From NCBI GenBank assembly GCA_951406725.2, contig OX597830.1, positions 434,001-498,000 of the forward strand: a stretch of DNA of 64,000 nt. Direction: 5' to 3'. This DNA is from Octopus vulgaris (taxonomy: Eukaryota). The translations under genes were made by a program, and so were the position numbers. The notes beneath the pieces were generated by a model, which was not told the origin of the DNA, made no database searches, and saw only the letters and a program-made list of their open reading frames with translations. Positions 50,201 to 62,994 of this stretch are shown in pieces (positions within the stretch are counted from its first letter, which is position 1; every line of letters starts with the position of its first letter).

Positions 50201-51510
50201 CTTCGATTTGCCCTCTATTCACTTTCCCTGTCAGCACTACAGCATGCGACCAGAGGTAGGACTTGATTATTTGTCCATCATGGATGCGTAAACTTTTCTC
50301 TCCCATCTGTTTTCTGATCTTCAGCTCGGATATCAGGTTTCACCGACGAATACTCGCGAAAACCCATATTGGTGTCCTCCCATGCATGCTTCTGAGCTCT
50401 GTTCAGAAAGGTTGAAGCCTCCTGATCGGAAGAAAAGATTACTCTTATTGGGCGTGGTGTAGTTTTTGAGGTTGAGTTCACTTAGAATCTTCCCAGCCGA
50501 GCGACCTAATGGATACTGACATTTTCGTTGACAGAGAACAATTCTCCAACTAAAACGGAAACAAAATTTATGTCATCTTTTAGGCGGTTTATGTCTGTAT
50601 CACCGGTGTATTCAGCTTTACCATAAATGATTGCTGATCTTGAGTGGGCAAAATGGTCGTTCTGTTCTCTACTATGAGCTGCGGCATTCGATTCTTCGAT
50701 GGATGATTTCGAGAGGGTGGTTTCATAGCCATCAGACTTATGTCGGCTTTTGGGGTCGATCGGAATGGGTTTAGTGGTCATAACTTTCCCGCTTGGTTTG
50801 TAACTGCACTGCCTCTTCTTCGTTTTGGAGGAGCACCACTCCCCAGATGAACTCACATCAAGATCATTCAGAATTAGTTGAGCAATGGCATTGATGGGAA
50901 GGACAAATGAGGGAGAATCCAAACAGATTTGATCTTGAGCAGGTTTCGCAGCTAAATCTGCCCCACTGGAGTTTTGACTACGTTTCTTCCTTTTGGGAGA
51001 ACAACGGTCTTCAGGTGGGTTTGAGTCTACGCTCCCCAATTTAGGACAGACTTGGAGTGAAACAAAATCAACAACAACAATATTTCTGTTTTAAAGACTG
51101 TAAAATATTCAGACAAAGGGAATTTCTCATTAGGGAATCTCAATTGCTAAGTGATTTGCATTCTTTTGTCTACATTTTATATTCTGTCAGCAAAGGAAAA
51201 TGCAGGGTTAAACAACTAATGTTAGATTATATTGAAGATTGGCATCAGCACTGTAGAATGGAAGACTGAAAGACCAAACTGAAACAGAGAATAAACACTT
51301 TACGAAGCGAAGCAAATAAGATAACCTAGATGTCAGTAGATAATACAAAAACATTAACAGGAATAACGTTAAGTATAAAATAAACAATGAACAAACATTA
51401 CAGCAAACACTGGAATCTCTAAAATAAAACTAACAAAATATCAACCTTCAATAACAGATTAACGATATTGTAGAATTAGAGGAAGAAAAAAAGCAACAAC
51501 GACAAAGTGC
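47255..51510 (-). mobile_element. Near full-length, decayed CR1-type LINE (ORF1 + ORF2)
   Basis: ORF1 remnants at 50278-51039 (TPRPIRVIF). ORF2 pieces: PDVIAITETWL, VYRPP, SDH, NYRPVSLTS, LDFAKAFD, LLFADD, LYSLEKRRRRGDLI, VADPWNKLP. 3' (TTAAC)n tail at about 47255-47272. 5' boundary approximate. Confidence 0.9.
47345..50130 (-). pseudogene. CR1-type ORF2 (APE + RT) split by several frameshifts and stops
   Basis: Collinear ORF fragments 49704-50048, 49276-49617, 48526-49134, 48268-48489 and 47345-48181. Confidence 0.9.
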
Positions 51511-52064
51511 TGCTTCAAAACTATACATTTGAAGGTAATCCCATCGAAATTCTATAGATCTTTACGCAGTAACAACCTCAGTAGATAAGAATTTACAAAA
51601 GAAGAATTAAAGATATTTTGGAAGCACATTTTCGAAAAGACATCGAAGTATAACAAAAATAAAAGCTTGTTAGAGGACTCTGCAGCAAAACAAGAAGTTT
51701 GGAAGTGATCTCTGCGAAGAGGGTGTGGTGGGTTTTGAACGGCTTCAGAAATTGGAAAGAATATCCGGAATTAATAATGTACCGAATTCTTTAGAGATCG
51801 CTATCATAAGATATTACAAAATATACATAACGGTAGAACACAGCAGCTTTTAGGAGAGTCTGGAAGAATTTAGATGGATTCTTATTAAGGTTACAATCAT
51901 TTTCTCCCAGAAAAGACCGAATGGAAGATCCCTCTAAATAGATTGCATTACCTCTTCATTCCGATTAATGTATTAACAAATCACATTAACCTCCATCTAA
52001 CTAGCAAATTCAAATACTAGGAGATAATGAGATTTTAACAAATTAATAGCCCAGAAGAAGATGA

Positions 52065-52255
52065 GGATTTCAAATTTTGGCGCAAGGACATCAAATACGG
52101 GGGAGGGGGAAGTCAATTATATCAACTTCAGTGCTCAACAGGTACTTATTTTTATAGATCCCAAAAGAATGAAAAGCAAAGTCGACCATGACGGAATTTG
52201 AACTCAGATCGTAAAGATGGACAAAATATCACGATTCTGCCAGCCCGCAGCCTAA
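52065..52255 (-). mobile_element. Degenerate SINE of the 10.3 kb family
   Basis: GATCCCAAAAGAATGAAAAGCAAAGTCGACCATGACGGAATTTGAACTC matches 10366-10415. Confidence 0.7.
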
Positions 52256-52379
52256 ACATTAACAATAATAATAATCCATTCTACTAAAGGCACAAGGCCT
52301 GACATTTTGAGCGATGAAACTAGTCGATTGCATCGACCTGATTGCTAATAAATTTCAATCCAGAACAACGTGAGAGAAG

Positions 52380-53215
52380 AAACCCTACTCGGTATGGAAT
52401 TACATGGTCAGTTCCACCGTGAGACCAACAAATTAAAAAATCAGGAAGCATCATGGAGGTGACCCAACAAGGGTGACCTAAAAAAGAATACTGAAAGCCT
52501 AATCATTGCGGCCCAGGACCAAACATTGAAACCCAACACAGTAAAAAAGAATATATACCACACAAGTGCATTGGAGCTCTGCAGAATGTGCGGGAAGAGG
52601 GTCGAAAGCGTGACTCACATTGTTAGTGCTTGAGAAAATCTTGCGCAGAAAGAGTACAAGCGTAGAACCAACAAGTTAGCCCAAAACCTCCATTGGATAC
52701 TATGCCATAATTATGGATTGCGAGGTGCTTGTTACTAACATACACCGGAAAAGGCAATGAACAAAAAGGGGAAAAAAAGATCCTCTGGAACTTTGACTTC
52801 TAGAGAGACAGTGTGTTAGAGCACCGAAGCCGCCCGGATATGTAACCTTTAGGAGGAAGTAACACGAGTGCCTAATAATTAAGATGGGGATCAATTAGCA
52901 GGGGAGAAAAGTTTAATATATTGGAAGACCTGAAAATTAAGATCGTTATGATGTGGCAGCTACGAGAGTCAAACATAAAGGTTATCCCTATTGTCATCAG
53001 AGCATTGGTTTCAATTGCACGCTATCTGAAAAAACACTGGAAACCTTAGAAATACCCTACAATCCAGATGTATTGCAAAAGTCGGCATTACTTGGAACTG
53101 CACGCATCTGTCTTAGGGCCTTGTTGAGACTTGACGAACGGTACAAACCCCCGGTAGACACAATATTTTAAATCAACAATCTCACGATATTGTATACTGT
53201 GCAACGTCGATAATG
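52380..53215 (+). mobile_element. RLE-type (Dong/R4-like) LINE 3' fragment
   Basis: ESLIIAAQDQTL...CRMCGKRVESVTHIVSA (CCHC knuckle)...LQKSALLGTARI; ends in (GAT)n. Confidence 0.85.
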
Positions 53216-53234
53216 ATGATGATGATGATGATTT

Positions 53235-53810
53235 CGTTTATTTTCCACAAGGGCGAAAGATGAGGGGGGCAATAAAAATACAGACATAAAGTGTGGGGTT
53301 TACTTAGAATGAACTGATTAAAAGGAAGTATACACGGTATACACTGAAAAAGAAGAGACATATGCATAAAAAGGTTAAACGTAAAGAAAAACAAGGGCGG
53401 AGAGGATGATAGAAATGTGACCTTCCTGATACAGGAAGGCCTCTATGGATAATCGAGGAATCCCACTATCCGAGATTTCTCTGAAACCTCAAGAGCTAGT
53501 GCCCCCTCCAATTCCTTCTCTCTGCCATTTTCGCAACTTTGACCCACCTTTCAGTGAACTCACTCGAGGACAGTACTTCACTCTCCACTCACAGTTTCCT
53601 TTTCAAGTGAAACTTGAAGTCAATGAGAGCTCTACCAAAGAGGAATGTATCTGTCCTCATGCCTTTCGGCCTTGTCCACTAAACAAACCCTTTCACCATA
53701 GCCACCAGGCAAACGAAAACTGCTTTTCCTGCACGACTGAAGAATGGCGGCGTGGTGATCATCATTACAGACTCAGTCGACAAACGGATCCGTCCCACAC
53801 GTGAATGTGG
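53235..53810 (-). mobile_element. Probable L1/Tx1-like LINE 3' fragment
   Basis: Minus frame GRIRLSTESV...FSRAGKAVFVCLVAMVKGFV.WTR resembles Tx1 ORF2 C-termini; degenerate. Confidence 0.45.
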
Positions 53811-54407
53811 CAGATGAAAGCTCAATAGAAGCCTATCGTATATACATGTGTGTATCTTTGCGTCTGTGTTTCTCTCCATCACCACTTGGTAATCTCTGTG
53901 TGCTCACGTTCCATAAGCTAGCGGTTCGTCAAAATGTATCGCTAGAATACAAGCTTTAAGTTCAACTAAAAACTTTCTTTACGGCGGTGTCCCAGCAAGG
54001 CCGCACTTTAATAGCTGAAACAAGTGAAAGACAAACGATAACAGACTATATAGCTCTATACCTACAAATACCCAAACGCACGCAGGATACACGTACACAG
54101 CCAGACTATTAGCTGCGAGGGTTGGTGAAAAGGTTAAACTTTTGTCGGTGAACTTTAAACTTCGTTTGCTCTCAAATTATTCTAAATGGGAGATCAGGTG
54201 CTGAGAGCGAAGTGCTGATGGAAGAGAGCTAAGCGCATACACATACTTGCAGACTGAAGCAAGATGACATGAGTACATACCTGCACACACACACACACAC
54301 ACATATACACAGACACACATAAACACCTATACACAAATACACAGACACACATTCAAACTTATGTGTAGAGAGAAAAAGATGGGAGGAAGGCAGAATTTGT
54401 GTATGGT

Positions 54408-54476
<69 letters not shown>

Positions 54477-54590
54477 GCACACTAAACACATAGACACGCA
54501 GACGTATATAAACATATACATATAACTATTTTTGTAAATGTATATATGTGTTTGTATGTCTAAATACACATTCACAAACATATGTATTAT

Positions 54591-54651
<61 letters not shown>

Positions 54652-55665
54652 GAGAGAGAGAGTGTGTGTGTAAATGAGTAAAAGAGAAAAGGAGTGAAAG
54701 AAAGAGAGAAGGAAATTGAAAGAAAGGGTGTGAGAAGAGCATTCTATTTTGAGTGAAGAAACTTGCAAAGCGTTGCTAATGTTGGCGAGCACTTATTGAC
54801 CCAAAGAGGCTGTGAAGCAAAAACTCAAACATCTTTAGGCCGAATGCAGTGAGGCTTAGAGAGATTGTTGTAGGAATGTAAAAGTGAATAAGGAAATAGT
54901 AATGGGTGACAAGTGTGAAATCGGCAATAAATCAGTATTAGTCGAGAGGAAGGAGGGATGAGGATGCGGGGGAGGAGAAGGTGAAAGGGATAGCAGAAGA
55001 TGGATAGAAAGGTATGAGGGAAATATGAAGGGGGATAGAGTCAGTGAAAGAGGAAGAGAGAGTCAGAGAGAGAGAGAGAAAGGAGGGAGAAAGACAAAAA
55101 CGATAGAGATAGAAGTAGAGTATGGGAGTGAATTAAAGAGGGAGAAAGAGGGAGAGTATCATGGTTATGGGAACTTGGAGAGAGGGAGGAGTAGTAACTA
55201 AAGGAATAGAAGTGCAGGGATAAACAGATAGATAGATAAATAGAGAGAGAGAGAAAAAAATACGCTTCAAAATAGTTTGGGTGAACGTGAGAGACAATAG
55301 ACTAGTGAGTGAGTGAGTGAGTGAGTGAGTGAGTGAGTGATTGTGTATGAGTAAGATTCGAGGATATAAAAGAAGAAAAGCAAGCAAATGTACATTCAGG
55401 AATGAAAGACAAAGTACTTATAGGGGGTCAGAGAGTAAGGGGAGAGAGACAACTGAAGTGTCCGTAGAGTTTGACGAACAGCCACAGGAATGTGTGCGTG
55501 TGTGTAGAAAGAGAGAGAGGGGAGAGATGGAGAGAGAGAAAGAGAGAGAAAATAAGACAGAGACACAAGGTTAATGTAAATAGACTATTTTATATATATA
55601 TATATATAAATGTTACTCCACCCATTTAATTTTCTGTCATTGGAATGAAGTACCGCATTTACGGA

Positions 55666-55858
55666 CAACTCATCGCCGCCAATTTTATCGGCATCAACTC
55701 ATCGCCGCCAATTTTATCGGCATCAACTCATCGCCGCCAATTTTATCGGCATCAACTCATCGCCGCCAATTTTATCGGCATCAACTCATCGCCGCCAATT
55801 TTATCGGCATCAACTCATCGCTGCCAATTTTATCGGCATCAACTCATCGCTGCCAATT
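55666..55858. repeat. 29-bp tandem repeat (6 full + 1 partial unit)
   Basis: Unit CAACTCATCGCCGCCAATTTTATCGGCAT starting at 55666, 55695, 55724, 55753, 55782, 55811 and 55840; units 6-7 share a C-to-T change. Confidence 0.97.
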
Positions 55859-56118
55859 CAGCGCAGACTTAATTTAGTTCCAAACTATTTTCTTGGTGTC
55901 CAACTCATCGCCTTAGTCAACTGATTGCTAGTAACGGAAATACGTAAAAATCACACAATGATATTAAATAAACCGAAAAACATCTTTCTTTATACAAAAT
56001 AATAAAAATGTATTTAAATGCCCCCCCCCCCAAAAAAAACAAGAAAAATTATTATAAAGATAGAAAAGGAAAAAAGGTCTAATTTAAGGAAACTATCAAG
56101 TAGATAGTTCATAGGTTG

Positions 56119-56158
<40 letters not shown>

Positions 56159-57169
56159 AAATGTCCCGCTGCCACCAAAACATGGCCTTTTGGGATAGGA
56201 TTCTAAGAACAGTTGATTATTTCGTGCTTTAAGCTCCGTCTTTGCTATAATTTCTCAATTCTACTCTAATGTTTCTCTTCACCATATTCGACCAAAGTTT
56301 TTTTTCAGGATCGCCATGTTAGCTCCCTTTTAACTTTTCGCTAAGCCGGTTACTATTGCAATGCAAGTAAAGGAAGGCCTATTCAGTTTCGAGTAAACGC
56401 GCATTCTATGCTGCCTATTTATGTCCAAAATCTTGATCACAAACTTGTGAAGTTTGTCATATTCCACCCGAAATTATTCTACCGTTATTTGTTGACAGAA
56501 ATATTCAAACTATAGATGACCATATGCCTTTCGATGATATATTTATTCATAGCCCCGGAAGTCGCGTCAATACCGGACAGATAGTTAGAAACACCTGAGC
56601 AGATATATTTAGATTTTATCACCTGCTGCTTCATCCCATTCGATTCTGTAGTATATCTAAGATTTAATTGCAGTCATTTATTACAATTAACAAGCGCTGG
56701 ACTCCTACGGTCGACTTTTGTCGCCTGAGTAAATCCGGCCTTCCTGCTATCGTCAAAGCAGCGGCACAAACTTTGTCTTGCCATCAAATTCCCAGGTTTA
56801 AATCAAGAAATGCGCTACGTCATGCTCAACCAAGATCAATGTAGCCCATACCCTAACGCACATCAACCAGAGCTCACTATAGCCCCTATTTTGAAGAAAA
56901 GTCTTTTCTTTTTCAGAGGTAAAAAGAAAAAAAAAGCAACAGAAGAGCTATTTTCCCTTCATTCTGACTCTTTTACCGACAGATGCTTCAAGCAAAGAGC
57001 CACTACAATTTGCAACTAATCTCATTCACCTTTTTACATTAACTTCAGATGAATCAAGCTCAATGACATTTACTGATACACAGAGTTATGAAGAAATAGA
57101 ATTATGTTTTTCTTGGTGTTATTGCTGCAGATGATGGTGGAGATAGTGGCGATACTTTTCCACCATCAT

Positions 57170-57924
57170 CTCAAGGCTTTCATGTGCTTAGGACCCTCCT
57201 GATAATCCTTGCGGTCCCTAAGAGACAAACTTTCTGTAGAAGCTCTACGGGGCATTCTGTTTTGATCTCCCTCAGCCATTTGTCTATATTTTGGCTTACC
57301 GTTCAAAGTGCATCAATTGTTATAGGCTCGACCTTTACTGTTCGCATGCTCCAAATGCATCCAATTCCAATTTTAAGGGATTGTATTATTTTTGTTATTT
57401 TTATTTCTTTACGATCCTGGAATCAAATGGGCATCACGGATCAACAAGTAAGTAACTTCGCTTTGCCTACCTATGATTACAATATCAAGTCTGTTGTTTT
57501 CTAACATCTTGTCCGCTTGAACTGGAAAGTCCTACAAAATTTTACATTTCATTATTCCACTATGTGCTCATACCATGTCTTGCCTCTCTCCAGACCCCAC
57601 TTTTCGCATAATCTCCAATGTAGCATCTTCGCTACTTGATCGTATCGCCCCAATTTGTAGTGATTTTGGGCAAGTCTAGGGCATTTGTTCATGGAATGAG
57701 CAATGGTTTCACCCACTATTTCAGATGCGACACAGCGAAGACACTTGCTCATTCATAAGGATGAACTTTCAGTTTGTGGCCAAAGTTTGATCTTGCGCTG
57801 CCAGTATAGTGCTCTCGGGCTCTTTTTTAGTGTTTCTTTAATCAGCCAATCCCATCTATTTTTGCCAGAAACATCTGTTCTAGCTTCATGGAATTGATTG
57901 TGTAGTCCTTTCTTATGTAATTCT

Positions 57925-57930
<6 letters not shown>
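57170..57930 (-). mobile_element. RLE-type (Dong/R4-like) LINE 3' fragment
   Basis: GLHNQF...WDWL...ETIAH..KCPRLAQNHYK..YDQVAKMLHWRLC...WYEH...LQKVCLLGTARIIRRVL; abuts (TAA)n. Confidence 0.8.
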
Positions 57931-57993
<63 letters not shown>

Positions 57994-58070
57994 GAAGAAG
58001 AAGAAGAAGAAGAAGAAGAAGAAGAAGAAGAAGAAGAAGAAGAAGAAGAAGAAGAAGAAGAAGAAGAAGA
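57931..58070. repeat. (TTA)n followed by (GAA)n
   Basis: Direct inspection; explains the poly-L/E/N/S ORFs. Confidence 0.97.
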
Positions 58071-58423
58071 AAATATGAAGCATGATAAAGGACGCGGGCA
58101 AAGTGGCTTCATCGCATATATACAAATATGAGTGTGTGTGTGTGTGTGTATGAGTGTTTTTAAAGAGAGGGAAAAAGAAAGAAAGGTTCTAAATCTAAAG
58201 GACTTTAGAGACAGAAAGAGAGAAGAATAAAAAATGGGAGAGGAAGATGTGGGAGACATTGAGGTGGAAGTGAGAAGATATAAGACAAAGACATATATTG
58301 CAAGAGAAAATCGTAAACGAAATGGCGAATAGGAACTCTAAGCAAGAGAGATTGAGAGGGAGAAATACATACATTGACAGAGAGAAAGGGTAGAGACAGA
58401 AAAAAGAGAAGCAAAATACGAAC

Positions 58424-58465
<42 letters not shown>

Positions 58466-58519
58466 AAGAGAAAGAAGGAGGCAGATTGCTTAAACAATTG
58501 AGAGACGCTCCATGTACCC

Positions 58520-58597
<78 letters not shown>

Positions 58598-58962
58598 CAA
58601 AAGAGAGAATGAGAGATACGTTATGCATAAAGCTATTGTGATGCCAAGAGACCTGCATGATTTGTGGAACGAGGTTTACATTAGATGCAACCATATTTAA
58701 ATGTCCTCTTCCAGTTGGAATAGCAGGACATTCACCAAGTTTTATTGCTGACTATTACTAAATCATCTCACTTGTCTCTCTGGCAATATGGCGCACTTCA
58801 CTACAAGCAACACTGAGAAATGTTGACTCCATTTTTTCATCATCTACCACCAACTTCTCTCTTTCCATTTCTCATTTCTACATTACAGCCAAGTCTCTTT
58901 CTCTTTTTGTCTGTCCCTCTCCTTCTATCTATCTAATCATCACGCTTACATACATACTAATA

Positions 58963-59000
<38 letters not shown>

Positions 59001-59064
59001 ACCTGTCCTAATATTACACACACACACACACATATGAACAGCTACATCTATTTTAACTCGTACA

Positions 59065-59222
59065 GGCGTGGCTGTGTCAGATGGAGGCTCATTGTGTTAC
59101 CACTTGATTTCGGGTTCAGTCCCCCAGCGCAGCAACGTAGACAAGTGATTTCTACAATAGATTGATGTGACCAATAATCAGGAGTGAATTACGTGGACGA
59201 AATCTATGTCGAAACACGTCAA
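59065..59222 (+). mobile_element. Degenerate 5' part of the 26.1 kb SINE family
   Basis: GGCGTGGCTGTGT...GGGTTCAGTCCC...ACAAGTGATTTCTAC follows the head/CORE layout. Confidence 0.55.
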
Positions 59223-59251
59223 ATAGCTTTACGTGTGCTCTTGCATGCGCG

Positions 59252-59310
<59 letters not shown>

Positions 59311-60439
59311 ACACACACACACACACATATACAAGCACACACTCACACACACTCATTTCTCCATACTTTAAAATGTACTTTAATTGCAGTACACGTTACC
59401 CTAAAAATTAGGTTTTAATATCGACGTCGCGTTAATTTTCTACAGAATTGCAATATAAATACTATATTTAATGTCTTTACTTTAGTTGTGTCAGTGAGTG
59501 AGTGAGTGAGTGAGTGTGTGTGTGTGTGTCTTGTTTCAGAACCGGGTGTGGAAAAAGAGAATTGATAGAATATCAAATTTACAATAGGAGTCGAGAGATC
59601 GATTTGATCGTCTAAACCCTTGATAATCATGTCCCAGTATGAGACAAAAATGTGAAAAATCCTTCAACGACACAGTATTACTGTGGTGGCTGTTACATAA
59701 GGCTTAATTCACGAAGAAGAGAAATAAGTTCTTTCTCTTTATTGTGCTTAAAGAAACAGCGTGTTATAAAAAGAGGAAACGTAACAGAAGTAAAATGGAA
59801 TGGAACCTCTCCAAGAAGAAGAGGCAAAGCAGTGGGCGAGGTGAGAGGAGAAAGAAGAAAAGGACAATAAAACTAAGGTGAAAGGGCTGGAGGCCATTTT
59901 TAAAATTAAAGTTAAACCTAGGAACATACACGTCGAGTAGTCAGCTGACCAACTAAATGTCTCTCGTTGGCGTGACTTATCTAAACACAGAGGTTTTGTG
60001 TGTTTATTTAGAATCTAATCAGAAATACAAATATCTACAAATCAGGTTCTATGGGCACCACAATTCAATAAGCTTGCGCTCACACACGTAGCTTTACACA
60101 TGAATTTACACATCCATTCACGCGCGCAGAACCTTAGCTAAATACATGCTGACTGCTACTACTTGTTAGAAGAGTGCCATTTCTTTCTTGTACATTGCAC
60201 AACCATGTGCACAACCATATGGCTCTTCTGCTCAGCTCTTTATTCAGCTGGAACGTTTACAGATCTGACATTTATTTCCCTTTTCTGTACAAATGCTGCG
60301 TGTGGCCGTTGAGCCATCTCACGAGCAGCCCGATTTCTCATTATACTTCAGATGACTGACGAACCCAGCTCTTGATAGAAGGAATCGACCACACACATTG
60401 TCGGGCTGAGAAAATCCTGTCCACATGCCCCCGTCTAGC

Positions 60440-61490
60440 TGTGAATCAACAGTGGGCCTCAGAGACGACACCAGGGCAATTCCGTATTTTTAGGCGGCCG
60501 AGTAAAATCTTGGGATGTTTATGATTATTACTGCTGGTTCTTTGCATTCTGTGTTCAAAGACAGGTTGGATAATCTGTATGACAAAAACCAGAGCTTTCT
60601 TACCCAGGAAATTTAACAAGACAATAATGAAAAATGATATGATCTTCAGTAATGAAGAAAAGGGTAAGTGAATGTCATGTGCGGTGAATTGTAGGACATG
60701 CGAATCCCTATTTGTTTTACTATGCGTGGGAATGTGCTTGGTTTTCAACCTGAAAATTAGGCGAGTCACACTTATTCTCTCAGGCATCGTACCATACTTC
60801 TGTATAAGAAACACTTCGATCACAACCAGAAATACTGGAACAGATGACGATACAATACCTGGGTCCATGAAGAACACTTGATTGCCCTATATCCTTCCTG
60901 AAGGAGAGGAAAAACGGATGAAAAAGACAGCATAAGAACAGGGCCAACAATAATTGCAAGCCCATGAGGCTGTTTGTAGAGAAACACCTAGAATGCACGT
61001 TGTGAATGGAACGAAATTGTCCTGTTCTCTGTCACCTACCCAAGGACACAACAAAAACTGGAAAGATCAACACAGGGTTAGAAACTTCGCAGGATTTCAT
61101 TCTTCAAGTTGCTTTCAGTTAGGTCCGAGTAAGGTGACATTGTAGTAGGAGGGGTCAATGACTCTCTTCGGTAAATACCTTTTCTTATAGATATATGGAT
61201 GGTTTTAATAAATGGTCCTTCATTTCTGAATATCATGCCCCTTTTTCCAGTTTGTCGTCGCGTGACGGACATACTTCAGAAATGTTTAAGGCTCTGTAAG
61301 TAGAATGATGCCAGTATCAGTGACCATGGTATTCTATCGAAAGCCTTTTAATAGACATTCCATGCAATCCTGCTATTTTTAGAGCCTTCTAAAATGGGTT
61401 GATTCTACAGTTGTTGTTCATCACAACTCTAATATCCATCTCTGCAATCCTTGCAGTTTTCAAAACAGTTTTTCAAAATATAATTGTTTG
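60440..61490 (-). mobile_element. Highly degenerate non-LTR RT fragment(s)
   Basis: Minus frames give KAFDRIPWSLI and TIHISIRKGIYRRESLTP (compare GIxQGDSLSP); many disablements. Confidence 0.5.
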
Positions 61491-61606
61491 ACAGACGTGT
61501 AACTGACCGATTTTATATTATTACTGTTGTTATTACCACCACCACCACCACCACCACCACCACCACCACCAGCACTACTACCACTACTACTACTACTACC
61601 GACAGA

Positions 61607-61682
<76 letters not shown>

Positions 61683-62255
61683 TTTGGTTTCTACAGGTGA
61701 AAATGTTAGCGGGATATGGCAACGAACTCCTGGTTGGTCTCATGTTATGCTTTATAAAGAATATAGGCAGTGCCTAAATAGACATTTGGCTGTTATTATT
61801 AACAAGTCAAAGAGCAATTTGGACAAAATTGTCCTTGGATGTAGGACTGTCAAGATTGAAAAAATAAGTTTTAGGAATGTCCAAGAGGGTTTGCAAAAGG
61901 AAAATGTAGAGTTTCTTTCTCGAAAATAAACTGCAAAATGCTACAGCATCCAACTGATAAATTCATTAAAAAAAAGTAATAAACAGAATGCGTATTTATG
62001 CGAGAACACACTACACACATGCACGCGTGCGTGTATGTATGTATGTATGTATGTATGTATGTATGTATGTATGTATGTATGTATGTATGTATGTATGTAT
62101 GTATGTATATGTGTGTTTGAAACGTTAAACCATCTTTCTTTCCTTCCCTGAGCGTCTGCTAATATTTGGCATTTACCAGGGGTTCGCGTTGTTTTTTCTT
62201 GTGTTTGTTCTTTGTATTTTTGGGGCGTGGATTTACTATATGTATATTCATACAG

Positions 62256-62339
<84 letters not shown>

Positions 62340-62515
62340 GTTTACATATTTGTTGTGCAAGATTTTTTATGTGAAGTCGTGTGTTTAAACAGACATTGTT
62401 GTATTTCGGAATGGTCATTTTGCCAGTTTAGCCAATAAAACACACGCACTATATATTTGATGTTACTTTGCTTCAGTGTTATTTATTTTTTACATTAATC
62501 TTAATCTTATTTCGG

Positions 62516-62555
62516 CCAGAGTTCTTTCGTCACACTCCTGTGACCGCATCAGTGG
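62516..62555 (-). ncRNA. Degenerate minimal hammerhead motif
   Basis: Minus strand CCA-CTGATGC-G-GTCAC agga GTGTGAC-GAA-AG AA CT-C-TGG. Stems I, II and III can pair, but core A9 is C. Confidence 0.45.
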
Positions 62556-62863
62556 TCCTTTGCTTTCTTCTTTCTTATTTGTGTCTCTCCTTACTAACCG
62601 TCGGCGATTTTGTATTTCTATTGTATGTGACTTCATTTGCGCATGCGTATATCTCTATGTGCGTCTATGATTAGTTAGTGTGTATGTGGGGGAATGCCTG
62701 TAATATTTGTATCTTCTGTTTATATACGTTCGTGTAATTTGTTTTTGTTGTTGTTGTTTTTGTTTATTCTTATTTTGTTCATGTGTTTACATCCACTTAT
62801 TATTATTATTATCATTATTATTATTATTAGGTATGCTTGTATGTATGTATAACACCAATACTA

Positions 62864-62927
<64 letters not shown>

Positions 62928-62994
62928 TAATAATAATAATAATAAAAAAATTTAATTTAAGAATTAAAAAAAATTTAAATAAAAAAAACCTATA

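Noticed and set aside
55666-55858. CRISPR-like array
   Set aside because: The 29-bp units are contiguous with no unique spacers; eukaryotic context and no cas genes.
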